Shown: positions 17,782-27,765 of the stretch, one piece after another | Position numbering within the stretch: the first letter of the stretch is position 1 | Layout: the number at the start of each line of letters is the position of its first letter | Assembly: GCA_002898555.1 (NCBI GenBank) | Contig: BEHR01000011.1 | Span: forward strand, 1,229 to 65,228 | DNA length: 64,000 bases | Direction: 5' to 3' | From: a bacterium HR15 | GTDB lineage: Bacteria > Armatimonadota > Fimbriimonadia > Fimbriimonadales > GBS-DC | Notes under the pieces: generated by a model | The model's database searches: none | Seen by the model: only the letters and a program-made list of their open reading frames with translations | What the model was told of the DNA's origin: nothing | Program-made: the position numbers and the translations under genes

Positions 17782-20277
17782 ATGCAAAAGCACTTTGTGT
17801 ATCTGGGCATGATTATCGTGCTGGCAGCCTTGGCTGTCTGGGGCTTATATAAGCTCCCCACTCGTCAGGGACTCGATGTGAAGGGCGGTATCCGCATGAC
17901 ACTTCGCGCCGAAGTGGAGAAGCTCCCACCCGAGGAGCAGCAGCGATGGGATCCCAGTCGGCTAAACCTTGTCGCCGATATCTTACAGAAGCGCATCGAC
18001 AGCCTGGGCGTAGTGGAGCCGGGCGTGTTCAAGCGGGGCGACCGCGAAATTGTGATTGAGCTACCGGGCTACACGAATGAACAGGAGGCGCGTGAGCTGC
18101 TTTCCGTCACTGCTCGGTTGGAGTTTCGCTATCTTAAGGATGTCAAATCGGAGAAGAACCCGAATGCCCGCTATGAGATCGTGATCGAAAAAGATGAGCG
18201 TGGTGAGGAGATTGTACGCTTCCGCGACATGGGCGACCCGAAGGAGCCTGGCAAGCTAATCAAAGAGGGCACGCCGGAATACCTACAGATTATCCAGAAC
18301 TCGCCTCTCATTATCACCGGCGATGACCTTCGTGGCGCTGAGGTGGTCAGCCAGACCTTTAACCCTGAAGTCGCGCTCTTGCTGAAGCCCGAAGCCGCCG
18401 AGAAGTTTGCTCGCGCCACCTCGCTCTATCTGAAGGAGCATATCGCGATCGTGCTGGATGATCGCATCATCTCCGCCCCTGTCGTAGAATCTGCGAACTT
18501 GCGCGAGCCAGTGATTCGGGGTAATTTCACTCTGAAGGAAGCCACACGCCTGCGCGACCTACTGCGTGCAGGTGCGCTGCCTGTGAGCCTGCGAGTGGAA
18601 ACGGTGAACCGTATCGAGCCGATTCTGGGTGCGCGTGCGTGGGAGCGCATCATTCAAGCGGGCGTCATCGGCACGATTCTGGTCGCAGCGTTTATGATGA
18701 TCTACTATCTGCTGCCCGGTGTGCTGGCGGTGATCGCCCTGGGGCTTTATATCGTGTTCTCTATTACCGCGTTTAAATCGGTGGGCGTTACCTTCTCTCT
18801 CCCTGCCATCGCGGGCTTCATTCTGTCTATCGGCATGGCGGTGGACGCTAACATTTTGATTTTTGAGCGAGTGAAGGAGGAGTTGCGACTTGGCAAGACC
18901 TTGCTGGCGGCGATCGATGCGGGTTTCAAGCGTGCCTTCCCCGCGATTTTCGACTCGAACCTCAGCACCATTATCACCTGCCTTATTCTATATAACTATG
19001 GCACAGGTCCTGTGCAAGGCTTTGCAACCACATTAGCTCTCGGTGTGTTGATTAGCTTCTTCACGGCAATCACCTGTACACGCACCCTGCTTTATACCCT
19101 CGTCGGGCTGGGTGTCCATCCCGATGTGAAGTGGTTTGGGCTGCGTCGGCAGATTGGGGTGACCATCGGTGAAGGGTTGGAGCGGGTAAGCGACCGCTTC
19201 GATTTCGTGGGGCGTCGTCGCCTGTTCTATGGGCTAAGCGGCGCACTGATCGCGATAGGGCTGGTGTTCTGGCTGGGGCTGGGCGGTTTGAAGCCTGGCA
19301 TCGACTTCGCTGGAGGGAGCGAACTGGTGGTCGAATCGCGTCAGCCGATTCGAGCGAGTCTGAATGAGGTCGTCGCGCTGATGCGCAAGGCGGGCTTTGA
19401 GAAGGTGGGTGCACAGTTTGCTGAGGGGAATCGCCAGCTGATTGTGCATGTGGCGGAAGCATCGGATACCGACAAGCCGCGCCTGTTGAGCGCACTGCAG
19501 CCGCTGGGCGAGCTGAAAGAGGTAAGCTTTGCCAGTATCAGCCCGCGCATCCGCGCCGAGATTGTGCAGCGTGCCTACACGGCCGTGTTCCTCTCGCTGA
19601 TTGCCATCATGCTCTATATTGCCATTCGCTTCTCCATAGAGGGTGGCTGGAGCGGGTTCAAGTTCGGCATCGCGGCAATGCTGGCGCTGGCACACGATGT
19701 GCTGATCGTGGTCGGCTCGTCGGCAATGCTCGGCTATCTACTCGGTTGGGAGGTCAACTCGCTCTTTCTGACCGCCTTGCTGACCCTTGTCGGTTTCTCG
19801 GTGCACGATACGATTGTGGTTTACGACCGCATTCGCGAGAACCTGCGCTATCGAGCAAAGGGTGAGACGCTGGAAATAATTGTTAACCGGAGCCTGAACC
19901 AAACGCTGGCACGCTCCATCAACACGAGTTTGACGCTCGTGCTGGTGCTGATCGCGCTCATGCTCTGGGGTGCGGTGACGCATGACCTGCGCCACTTCTA
20001 TGTGGCGATGACCATCGGTGCGATTGTGGGAACCTATTCGTCGATCTATATTGCCAGCCAACTGATTGTGGACTGGGAGGCGTTCCGTGCGCGCACGCGG
20101 GCGCGTCAGGAGAGCGCGCTGCGCGCCACCGCTACCAGCACGAAGCCAGCATCCCAGCCCAAACCGTCGAGCAGTGTCGACCAGCAGCAGCCTGTGGCAG
20201 CAGGCACGGCGCCCACTGAGCCGAAGCCCAAAAAGCCACATCGTTCGAACAAGCCGAAACGCAAGCGGCGATACTAA
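17782..20277 (+). CDS. secDF: protein translocase subunit SecDF fusion
   Basis: 831 aa with two blocks of six TM helices. SecD periplasmic region LGLDLKGG-like (QGLDVKGGIRM) and SecF-like GIDFAGGSE. Confidence 0.9.
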   Translation: MQKHFVYLGMIIVLAALAVWGLYKLPTRQGLDVKGGIRMTLRAEVEKLPPEEQQRWDPSRLNLVADILQKRIDSLGVVEPGVFKRGDREIVIELPGYTNEQEARELLSVTARLEFRYLKDVKSEKNPNARYEIVIEKDERGEEIVRFRDMGDPKEPGKLIKEGTPEYLQIIQNSPLIITGDDLRGAEVVSQTFNPEVALLLKPEAAEKFARATSLYLKEHIAIVLDDRIISAPVVESANLREPVIRGNFTLKEATRLRDLLRAGALPVSLRVETVNRIEPILGARAWERIIQAGVIGTILVAAFMMIYYLLPGVLAVIALGLYIVFSITAFKSVGVTFSLPAIAGFILSIGMAVDANILIFERVKEELRLGKTLLAAIDAGFKRAFPAIFDSNLSTIITCLILYNYGTGPVQGFATTLALGVLISFFTAITCTRTLLYTLVGLGVHPDVKWFGLRRQIGVTIGEGLERVSDRFDFVGRRRLFYGLSGALIAIGLVFWLGLGGLKPGIDFAGGSELVVESRQPIRASLNEVVALMRKAGFEKVGAQFAEGNRQLIVHVAEASDTDKPRLLSALQPLGELKEVSFASISPRIRAEIVQRAYTAVFLSLIAIMLYIAIRFSIEGGWSGFKFGIAAMLALAHDVLIVVGSSAMLGYLLGWEVNSLFLTALLTLVGFSVHDTIVVYDRIRENLRYRAKGETLEIIVNRSLNQTLARSINTSLTLVLVLIALMLWGAVTHDLRHFYVAMTIGAIVGTYSSIYIASQLIVDWEAFRARTRARQESALRATATSTKPASQPKPSSSVDQQQPVAAGTAPTEPKPKKPHRSNKPKRKRRY

Positions 20278-20319
20278 GGTCGTTCGGCGTGTCTGACGAG
20301 TTAGGGTCACTTTCGCGTT

Positions 20320-21513
20320 ATGAGTCGCGTGTTGCGCATCACGCCCGCATCGGAGGCGCATTTAAAGAGACGGGCGCTGCTGGCGGTCTTTCTGACGATC
20401 TGCGTCAGCCTGATTGGGTTTGGGATTGTGATCCCGCTGCTGCCTTTTTACGCGCAGCGGTTTCAGGCATCTGAATGGCAGGTTGGGCTGCTGTTCGCCT
20501 CTTTCTCGCTGGCGCAACTGATTGCCGCGCCGATTTTGGGCGACTGGTCTGACCGTTGGGGTCGCCGCCCCGTGCTGATTCTGAGCCTGCTGGGTTCCGC
20601 CCTGAGTTTTGTGATGCTCGCGCTGGCGGGCAATCTGTTCTGGTTGTTCGCGTCGCGGATTGTCGATGGCTTCACAGGGGGCAACATTACCACGGCACGC
20701 GCCTATATTGCTGACATTAGCGAGCCGCGCGAGCGCGCCCGCAACTACGGGCTGATAGGTGCGGCGTTCGGGCTGGGTTTCATTTTGGGACCCGCGTTGG
20801 GTGGCGGGCTGGCACGGTTCGGGCTGGAGGTACCGGCGTGGACCGCGGCAGGCATCTCGCTGCTGGCTGCCGCGCTGGGCTGGTGGTGGTTGCCTGAAAC
20901 AGTGCATACTACGCCTGCCCGACGCCCCTCGCCCTGGCGTGAGCTGCCCATGTTGATACGACGCCCCCTGCTCGGACGCCTCCTCTGGATGGACCTGATA
21001 CTTTGGAGTGCGTTCTCGGTCTATCAGACCACTTTCCCTCTGTTCACGCATAAACGATTCGGTTTCGGTCCTGTGGAGAATGGTTATGTGCTGGCGATGG
21101 TGGGGCTGATTGGCGTGCTGATGCAGGCGATGGTGGTCGGGCGCGTGGTGCATGTGCTGGGTGAACGCGCGACCATGCGAATGGGGTTGGGGCTAAACAT
21201 CGCGGGGCTGATGGGCGCGGCGTTCGTCCCCAGTGTCACGCTCTTCCTTGTCGCCGTATGTTTCGCGGCGATTGGAGGAGCACTTGCCTTGCCCAGTTTC
21301 ACCAGTCTGCTCAGCCAATCGGCAGGCGCAGATGAGCAAGGGCGCATTCAGGGCGTAGGCGGCGCGCTGGAGAGCCTTGCCCGCATCATCGGCCCCGTCT
21401 GGGGCAACGGGCTGCTCCACTATGGCGATGCCCTGCCTTACGCTTCCGCCGCTATGCTCCTTGTGCTTGCAAGCTTCATCGCACGCGACATCCCGGAAAA
21501 GGAGCGCTATTAA
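20320..21513 (+). CDS. MFS transporter (drug:H+ antiporter/Tet-like)
   Basis: About 12 TM helices. MFS motif A GDWSDRWGRRPVL. Confidence 0.8.
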   Translation: MSRVLRITPASEAHLKRRALLAVFLTICVSLIGFGIVIPLLPFYAQRFQASEWQVGLLFASFSLAQLIAAPILGDWSDRWGRRPVLILSLLGSALSFVMLALAGNLFWLFASRIVDGFTGGNITTARAYIADISEPRERARNYGLIGAAFGLGFILGPALGGGLARFGLEVPAWTAAGISLLAAALGWWWLPETVHTTPARRPSPWRELPMLIRRPLLGRLLWMDLILWSAFSVYQTTFPLFTHKRFGFGPVENGYVLAMVGLIGVLMQAMVVGRVVHVLGERATMRMGLGLNIAGLMGAAFVPSVTLFLVAVCFAAIGGALALPSFTSLLSQSAGADEQGRIQGVGGALESLARIIGPVWGNGLLHYGDALPYASAAMLLVLASFIARDIPEKERY

Positions 21514-21611
21514 GAAGGGCGAGTTTAGGCATGAGTGTTGAAAACAAGCAAGTGGTGAGTAGTGAATCGCGATAGGCGACTTGCCGAATGTCGAACACCC
21601 TCCCGAACCTC

Positions 21612-21641
21612 TTGACTCAGGTGGGGCGATTCGAGTATAAT
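21612..21641 (+). promoter_or_regulatory. sigma-70-type promoter of the tRNA cluster
   Basis: TTGACT (21612-21617), an 18-nt spacer, then TATAAT (21636-21641), 15 nt before tRNA-His. Confidence 0.6.
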
Positions 21642-21655
21642 AGAAGTGCTTATAT

Positions 21656-21733
21656 GGCGACCGTAGCTCAGTCGGTTAGAGCGCCTGACTGTGGCTCAGG
21701 AGGTCGTGGGTTCGAATCCCATCGGTCGCCCCA
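21656..21733 (+). tRNA. tRNA-His (anticodon GTG)
   Basis: Extra G-1 paired with discriminator C. Anticodon loop CTGTGGC. GGTTCGAATCC T-arm and encoded CCA. Confidence 0.9.
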
Positions 21734-21739
21734 AGCCGT

Positions 21740-21815
<76 letters not shown>

Positions 21816-21872
21816 GCGAAAATCCTCTTTGGGATAACTCGAAGAGGACGAAGCAAGAGTCTCGGAGCGTGT

Positions 21873-21947
21873 GCGCGGTTAGCTCAGTGGTAGAGCACTT
21901 CCTTGACGTGGAAGGGGTCGGAGGTTCAAATCCTCCACCGCGCACCA
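21873..21947 (+). tRNA. tRNA-Val (anticodon GAC)
   Basis: GCGCGGTTAGCTCAGTGGTAGAGC..., anticodon loop TTGACGT, encoded CCA. Confidence 0.9.
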
Positions 21948-22228
21948 AGTTCAACATCCACCCCTAAAACGCGCACGCAAAAAAGACCACTTCCATGAAG
22001 GAAACGCACGGACGCACCCACACACTCGCGGTAGTTCTGAATCGTGCGGGGCTTGCCCCTTGCGCTTGCAGTGCTTCAAGCCAGAGTTCTACGCATTCAG
22101 TCAGTTCAGTGTATGACTCCACAACCCTTCAGGCTGGATTTATGCATCCCCTTGCCTCGCAGCGGTAGGGGAGGGAAGACACAGCGCGCAGAGGTATGGC
22201 AAGCATGAAGTGGGGAGCAGGTACAACA

Positions 22229-22302
22229 TGGAGCGGGCAGCGGGAATCGAACCCGCACCGCCAGCTTGGAAGGCTGGTGCTCTGCCATTGAGCTATGCCC
22301 GC
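22229..22302 (-). tRNA. tRNA-Gly (anticodon TCC)
   Basis: Reverse complement GCGGGCATAGCTCAATGGCAGAGC..., anticodon loop CTTCCAA, ...GGTTCGATTCC...CCA. Confidence 0.9.
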
Positions 22303-22527
22303 TCGCCTTTTAATATATACCCGACTCGCCCTTTTCTGTAAAGGGTTATCGAGGCCGTTCGGAAAATAAGTAGGCGATCGCAAAGCCCTGAATGCTGTGT
22401 TGAGGGGTGGGAATTCCTACCGAGCTGACCATACACGCGCCCACAATGCTTTTCACATGACGCTTTTTTGTATCCAGAAGGGAGGAATTCCCCTTGTGCG
22501 AAGATAGTCGGTATAACTTAGGATGGT

Positions 22528-24495
22528 ATGAAAGGGTGGACAGAGTTGCAAGAGGGGCAACTCAGCGCTATGTCGGTGCAGGAGGGGCATAGGCGGCGTG
22601 CTGTTTTCCGTCCGCGTGCCCTGCTGATAGGACTGGGGTTGATGACCCTCAATATCTTCTGGATAACCACCATCGAGGTGCGCTGGTATACGCTCGATGT
22701 CACCAGCTTGCCCATTTTCATTACCCCCGTGTTTACCCTCTTTGTGTTGACGCTGCTTAATCTGGGGCTTGCACGCTGGCGTCCAGTGTGGCGGTTCTCG
22801 GCAGTGGAGTTGCTAACGATTTATATCATTATCGTGACGGGGGCGGTGTTCGCGGGGCACGACATGCTCCAGAATCTGTTTGGTGCAATCGGGCATGCCC
22901 AACGGTACGGCACGCCCGAATCTGGCTGGCGCGAGCGGTTCTTTGCCTACATCCCGCGAGAGCTATTCATATGGGATGAAACGGTATTACGCCCTTACTA
23001 TGATGGTGGCGTGCTGCCCTATCGGCTGGATTGGCTGGTGGTTTGGGCAAAGCCTCTTATGCTCTGGGCAGGGCTGATCCTGACCCTCACCATGATGTGC
23101 CTATGCCTGAACTTTCTGGTGCTGAAGCAGTGGACACAGTGGGAGCGGCTGACCTTCCCGTTGATTCAGTTGCCGCTGGCGATGGTGGAGCCATCAGGTG
23201 CGTTATGGCAGTCGCGGGCGATGTGGATGGGCTTCAGCACTGCGATGGCAATCAGTGGGCTGAACGGGCTGCATGTGCTGTTTCCCTCGCTGCCCCATAT
23301 CGAGTGGATTAAACTCTATGACCTCGGACAATACTTCACGACGCGCCCGTGGAGCGCGGTGGGTTCGTTTCGCATTTCCGCTTATCCCTTTGCCATAGGG
23401 CTTGCCTATCTCATGCCGCCAGATTTGGCGTTCTCGTCCTGGTTCTTTTTCTTTGCCCGTAAAGTGTTTCAAGTGTTCGGTGCGGTGATGGGTTGGGATG
23501 CAGCTGAGAATCGCGGCTTCCCCTTTTTGAATGAGCAAGCGGCAGGTGCATGGTTGATGCTGGGCATCTTATTGCTCTGGAGCGCGCGGGCGACCTTTCG
23601 CGAGGCGTGGCATTTGGCGTGGGGTGCAGCACACCCAGAACGCTTGCTCTATCGGCTGAGCTGGCTGGGATTGGGCGCAGGCGTGGGCGTGCTGGTGCTT
23701 TATAACCTGTTTCTGCTGCAAATGGATGCATGGGTTGCCCTCCTCTTTTTTGGCATCTACTTCTTGCTTGCGTTGACCATCACGCGCGTGCGGGCGGAGC
23801 TGGGTGCGCCCCATGAAATCTATTTCGTGAATCCACAACGCATCCTGTTCGATGTGTTCACCCTACGCGGACTGGGCGTGGAGAATCTGACAGTGCTGCA
23901 ATCACTTTACTGGTTCAATCGGGGCTATCGTTGCCACCCAATGCCCAACCAGCTGGAGGCGTTGCGCATGGGGCAGCAGTACGCGCTCTCACCTCTGCAG
24001 ATGGGTCTGCTGATTCTGGGGGTGTCGGTGCTGGCATTCGTGATTGTGTGCTGGGCAAACTTGCATGTGACCTATCTGTATGGCGCGGAGGCGAAGTGTA
24101 GTGGCTTCAAGAACTGGGTGGGCAGTGAATCGTTCGGGCGGTTGAACACCTGGCTCGTGGAGGAGCCGTTCCGCAATCCGAACCGCTGGTACTATCTGTT
24201 CGGGGGCGCGCTGATGGTGCTGGGTTTACGCACATTGCGCAACGCTTTTGCCGGTTTCCCCTTCCACCCAACGGGCTACGCGCTGGGGGTCAGCTACGCC
24301 GTGGATTATTTCTGGTTCGCCTTCTTCCTGGGCTGGTGCTTGAAAGTGATCTTGATGCGGCTGGGTGGGCTGCGCGCGCACCGATTCGGACTGCCCTTCG
24401 CGCTGGGGCTTATTCTGGGCGACTTCACGATGGGGTCTCTCTGGTCGCTTATCACGCTGCTCTTTCAAGTGCCTACCTATCGAATCTACATCTAA
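22528..24495 (+). CDS. large polytopic integral membrane protein, unknown function
   Basis: 655 aa with more than 12 hydrophobic helices throughout. I can name no catalytic motif. Confidence 0.6.
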   Translation: MKGWTELQEGQLSAMSVQEGHRRRAVFRPRALLIGLGLMTLNIFWITTIEVRWYTLDVTSLPIFITPVFTLFVLTLLNLGLARWRPVWRFSAVELLTIYIIIVTGAVFAGHDMLQNLFGAIGHAQRYGTPESGWRERFFAYIPRELFIWDETVLRPYYDGGVLPYRLDWLVVWAKPLMLWAGLILTLTMMCLCLNFLVLKQWTQWERLTFPLIQLPLAMVEPSGALWQSRAMWMGFSTAMAISGLNGLHVLFPSLPHIEWIKLYDLGQYFTTRPWSAVGSFRISAYPFAIGLAYLMPPDLAFSSWFFFFARKVFQVFGAVMGWDAAENRGFPFLNEQAAGAWLMLGILLLWSARATFREAWHLAWGAAHPERLLYRLSWLGLGAGVGVLVLYNLFLLQMDAWVALLFFGIYFLLALTITRVRAELGAPHEIYFVNPQRILFDVFTLRGLGVENLTVLQSLYWFNRGYRCHPMPNQLEALRMGQQYALSPLQMGLLILGVSVLAFVIVCWANLHVTYLYGAEAKCSGFKNWVGSESFGRLNTWLVEEPFRNPNRWYYLFGGALMVLGLRTLRNAFAGFPFHPTGYALGVSYAVDYFWFAFFLGWCLKVILMRLGGLRAHRFGLPFALGLILGDFTMGSLWSLITLLFQVPTYRIYI

Positions 24496-24533
24496 GTCAC
24501 CAGGTATAATCCCTGGAGGCGAGGGAGCCAGCG

Positions 24534-25913
24534 ATGCCTTTTCGCACGATTATCGAACCGTTTCGAATCAAGGTGGTGGAACCTATCCGAATGACCACCC
24601 CAGAGGAACGCGAGCGGATTCTGCAACGCGCTCACTATAACCTCTTTCTGGTGCGTTCCGATGATGTGCTGATCGATCTCTTGACCGATTCGGGGACGGC
24701 GGCGATGAGTGCCGCTCAGTGGGCGGGCGTGATGCATGGCGACGAGTCGTATGCGGGCAGCCGCAGCTTCTATTTCTTTGAGTCGGTCGTGCGCGAGATT
24801 TTCGGCTTCAAGCATGTGATTCCTGTGCATCAGGGGCGTGCCGCGGAGCGCATCCTGTTTTCGTTGGTGTGCAAGCCGGGCAGCATCATCCCCAACAACA
24901 CCCATTTCGATACCACCCGCGCGAATATTGAGTATCTGGGTGGTCAGGCAATTGATCTCCCATGCACCGAGTCGCAGGACACCCAAACTCCCCATCCCTT
25001 CAAGGGCAATATGGATGTGGATGCGTTGGAACGGCTCATTCGCGAGGTGGGTGCAACCCGCATTCCGCTGGTCATGCTCACCGTCACGAACAACTCTGGG
25101 GGCGGGCAACCCGTCTCGATGGCGAACATTCGGGCGGTGAGCCAGATCTGTCGGCAGCACAATATCCCACTTTACCTCGATACCTGTCGCTTTGCCGAGA
25201 ACGCTTATCTGATTAAGATGCGTGAGCCGGGCTATCAGCACAAAAGTGTGCGCGAGATTGTGCGTGAGATGTTCTCCTATGCCGATGGTTGCACTATGTC
25301 TGCCAAGAAGGATGGATTGGCGAATATCGGCGGCTTTCTCTGCACGAATGACGACCAGTTGGCACAGCAGGAGAAGGAGCTGCTGATCTTGACGGAGGGT
25401 TTCCCGACCTATGGGGGGCTGGCAGGACGCGACTTGGAGGCGATGGCGATTGGCTTGCAGGAGGTGCTGGACGAGCATTATCTGGAGTATCGGCTGGCGT
25501 CGGTACGCTATTTGGGTGAGCATATCGCGCGTGAAGGCGTACCCATCGTACAGCCACCAGGTGGGCATGCAATCTATATTGACGCGGGGCTGATGCTGCC
25601 CCAGATTCCCCCGCTGCAATATCCCGGCCAGGCACTGGTGGTGGAACTGTATCGGGAGGGGGGTATCCGCTCCACGGAGATTGGCTCCGTGATGTTCGGC
25701 AAGTTTGACCCTGATACGGGGCAAGAAATCCCGGCTCGTAAGGAGCTGGTTCGCCTCGCCATTCCGCGTCGTGTCTACACCCAGAGCCATGTGGATTATG
25801 TGGTGGAGGCGATCTTGAATGTGCATTCTCGGCGGGAGCAGCTGCGCGGCTACCGCATCGTGTGGCAGACACCGTTTCTGCGCCATTTTAGCTGCCATTT
25901 TGAGCCGATATAG
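24534..25913 (+). CDS. beta-eliminating lyase: tryptophanase / tyrosine phenol-lyase family (PLP-dependent)
   Basis: EPFRIKVVEP..., DLLTDSGT, HQGRAAE and the PLP-lysine region SAKKDGLANIGGFL are all collinear with TnaA/TPL. Substrate is not assignable by eye. Confidence 0.85.
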   Translation: MPFRTIIEPFRIKVVEPIRMTTPEERERILQRAHYNLFLVRSDDVLIDLLTDSGTAAMSAAQWAGVMHGDESYAGSRSFYFFESVVREIFGFKHVIPVHQGRAAERILFSLVCKPGSIIPNNTHFDTTRANIEYLGGQAIDLPCTESQDTQTPHPFKGNMDVDALERLIREVGATRIPLVMLTVTNNSGGGQPVSMANIRAVSQICRQHNIPLYLDTCRFAENAYLIKMREPGYQHKSVREIVREMFSYADGCTMSAKKDGLANIGGFLCTNDDQLAQQEKELLILTEGFPTYGGLAGRDLEAMAIGLQEVLDEHYLEYRLASVRYLGEHIAREGVPIVQPPGGHAIYIDAGLMLPQIPPLQYPGQALVVELYREGGIRSTEIGSVMFGKFDPDTGQEIPARKELVRLAIPRRVYTQSHVDYVVEAILNVHSRREQLRGYRIVWQTPFLRHFSCHFEPI

Positions 25914-26193
25914 CACGCACCCCGCTACATCTACTGAAAGAGTCGGGAACGAGTTGGATGGAGGCATATCTATTTTCGGGCAACGCGCTGGGATATAGTC
26001 TGAATTGGCAGGATCGGGCACACAGGCGGTAAGCTGCTGATAGTGTGAGAGCCACCTCCTTACAAGGCAGAAAACCAAATCTTGTAGTCATGCCCTTCTG
26101 GCTCCACAACAAGTAGGAAATAGCGAGCAATCAGTTGAAAAAGCGTGAAATTCGCTGCAAAAGCAGGGAAAAGCTTCCCGAAAGCCATCCAGT

Positions 26194-26202
26194 TGGTATA
26201 AT
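26194..26202 (+). promoter_or_regulatory. putative extended -10 (TGgTATAAT) upstream of dnaA
   Basis: TGGTATAAT at 26194-26202, about 90-140 nt upstream of the candidate dnaA starts. Confidence 0.35.
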
Positions 26203-26292
26203 CTGGTGTATAAGGCCCTACAGAGGGTTTGATCAGAGCAGGATTCGAGCAGGAGGAGGGTTATTATTGGGGTGCGTGGCGAATAGCGAGCG

Positions 26293-27759
26293 GTGAGTCG
26301 CTGCGGGTTGCTCACCACTCGCTTGCAGGCGAGCAGGGATGCGATGGAGATGATGCGTCGCAGGGAAGAGGTACCGGCGGAACAGCTCCGTTTCGGGGAG
26401 AGCGAGGCACAGGTCCAGTTGCGTCGGGCGTGGCGCAATGTGTTGCAAGCGTTGCTGCCACAGATTGCCATTAGCAGCCGGCGCTATCTGGAATCTGTCG
26501 AGCCGTTGGAGCTCGAGGGTGACCTGGTGCGTCTGCGGTTGGACAGCGCGTTTGGACGCCAGTGGATCGCTCATCGCCTGCGCCACGAGATCGAGAACCT
26601 GCTCGCTCAGCAACTGGGGTTCTCGGTGTGCATCGAGCTGGTAGGCGAGGAGGACACGCCCCCTACTGAATCGCAAACGCAGACAGAGGTGCCACTTATC
26701 GAGCCGATTGCTGCCGCGCCACCGCTGCCACCCTCTCATTTCAATCGCGGCTATACTTTCGAGACCTTTATCGTGGGCAGGAGCAATCGGCTGGCGTATG
26801 GTGCCGCACAAGCGGTGGTCGATGCACCCGGTAAACGGTACAACCCCCTGTTTATTTACAGCCTGCCCGGACTGGGCAAGACCCACCTGTTGCATGCGAT
26901 TGGGCAGGCTTTCCTTGCCCGATTCCCACGGGCGCGCGTGCTGTATCTTAGCGGGGAAGAGTTTCTGCGGAGCTATGTGCAGGCGGTGCGGCATGGGCAA
27001 GCGGACGAGTTCCGCGAGCGGCACCGCAGCGTGCATCTGTGGTTGGTGGATGATGTGCAGTTCATCGCGGGACGCGAGCGCACGCAGGAAGAGTTTTTCC
27101 ATATCTTCAACGCCCTGTTTGCCACCTCACGCCCGATTGTATTGACCAGTGACAAGCCGCCACGCGAGCTGCTGGGGCTGGAGGAACGGCTACGCTCCCG
27201 CTTCGAACAGGGGTTGTGCGCCGACATCGCACCTCCCGATTTCGAGTTGCGCGTCGCTATCCTCTTGGCGAAAGCGGAACGCGAGGGCATCGAGTTGCCA
27301 ATAGAGGTCGCCGAATTTATTGCGGATAAAGTGCAGTCGAATGTGCGTGCCTTAGAAGGCGCCCTCACGCGCCTTATTGCTCACAGTTCGCTCCATCGGG
27401 AACCAATAAGCCTCGAAACCGCAGCCGCGGTCCTGCGTACCTTCTTTGTGGATGCAAAGGCACAACCTGTCACGGTGCAGCGCGTGCTGGAGGTGGTCTG
27501 TCACGAGTTTGGCGTCGATCCACAGGAACTGACCGGCAGAAGCCGTCGGGGAGATATAGTGCCGATTCGGCAAATCGCGATGTATGCCGCACGCGACCTC
27601 ACAGGCGAGCCATGGGCGCGTATCGCGCAAGTGTTTGGACGCAACGATCACACGACCATCCTGCATGCTTATCAGCAGATTAGCCAGCGATTGCCACGCG
27701 ACCCACATTTGCGGGCCCGAATCGAGGCGATTCGGCGACGCCTCGGCTGTGCCGAGTAG
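26293..27759 (+). CDS. dnaA: chromosomal replication initiator protein DnaA
   Basis: YTFETFIVGRSNRLAY, Walker A LPGLGKTHLL, box VII/sensor motifs, and a C-terminal DNA-binding domain (IAMYAARDLTGEPWARIAQVFGRNDHTTILHAYQQI). The start is uncertain (GTG 26293, ATG 26344 or later). Confidence 0.92.
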   Translation: MSRCGLLTTRLQASRDAMEMMRRREEVPAEQLRFGESEAQVQLRRAWRNVLQALLPQIAISSRRYLESVEPLELEGDLVRLRLDSAFGRQWIAHRLRHEIENLLAQQLGFSVCIELVGEEDTPPTESQTQTEVPLIEPIAAAPPLPPSHFNRGYTFETFIVGRSNRLAYGAAQAVVDAPGKRYNPLFIYSLPGLGKTHLLHAIGQAFLARFPRARVLYLSGEEFLRSYVQAVRHGQADEFRERHRSVHLWLVDDVQFIAGRERTQEEFFHIFNALFATSRPIVLTSDKPPRELLGLEERLRSRFEQGLCADIAPPDFELRVAILLAKAEREGIELPIEVAEFIADKVQSNVRALEGALTRLIAHSSLHREPISLETAAAVLRTFFVDAKAQPVTVQRVLEVVCHEFGVDPQELTGRSRRGDIVPIRQIAMYAARDLTGEPWARIAQVFGRNDHTTILHAYQQISQRLPRDPHLRARIEAIRRRLGCAE

Positions 27760-27765
27760 ACTCCT

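Noticed and set aside
21948-22228. 280-nt gap between tRNA-Val and tRNA-Gly, considered as a possible ncRNA or integration scar
   Set aside because: I could identify no conserved structure, repeat, partial tRNA duplication or ORF with coding character, so there is nothing to support a call.
24492-26078. 528-aa ORF antisense to the tryptophanase-family gene
   Set aside because: It lies entirely opposite a CDS with unmistakable family motifs. Its composition is Arg/His/Leu/Gln-rich, as expected for an antisense frame of a GC-rich gene, and it has no recognisable motifs.
25914-26292. oriC with DnaA boxes upstream of dnaA
   Set aside because: Only 5-6/9 matches to TTATCCACA are present and there is no AT-rich DUE-like tract. 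I kept this as a context observation, not as a feature.
26233-27102. 289-aa ORF antisense to dnaA, and similar long antisense or overlapping ORFs (265-960, 5259-6026, 19738-20361, 20362-21153, 28405-29285 set, 59810-60547, 60741-61409, 62677-63450)
   Set aside because: Each overlaps a confidently identified gene on the other strand or in another frame. High GC suppresses stop codons in non-coding frames. None has an SD or family signature.
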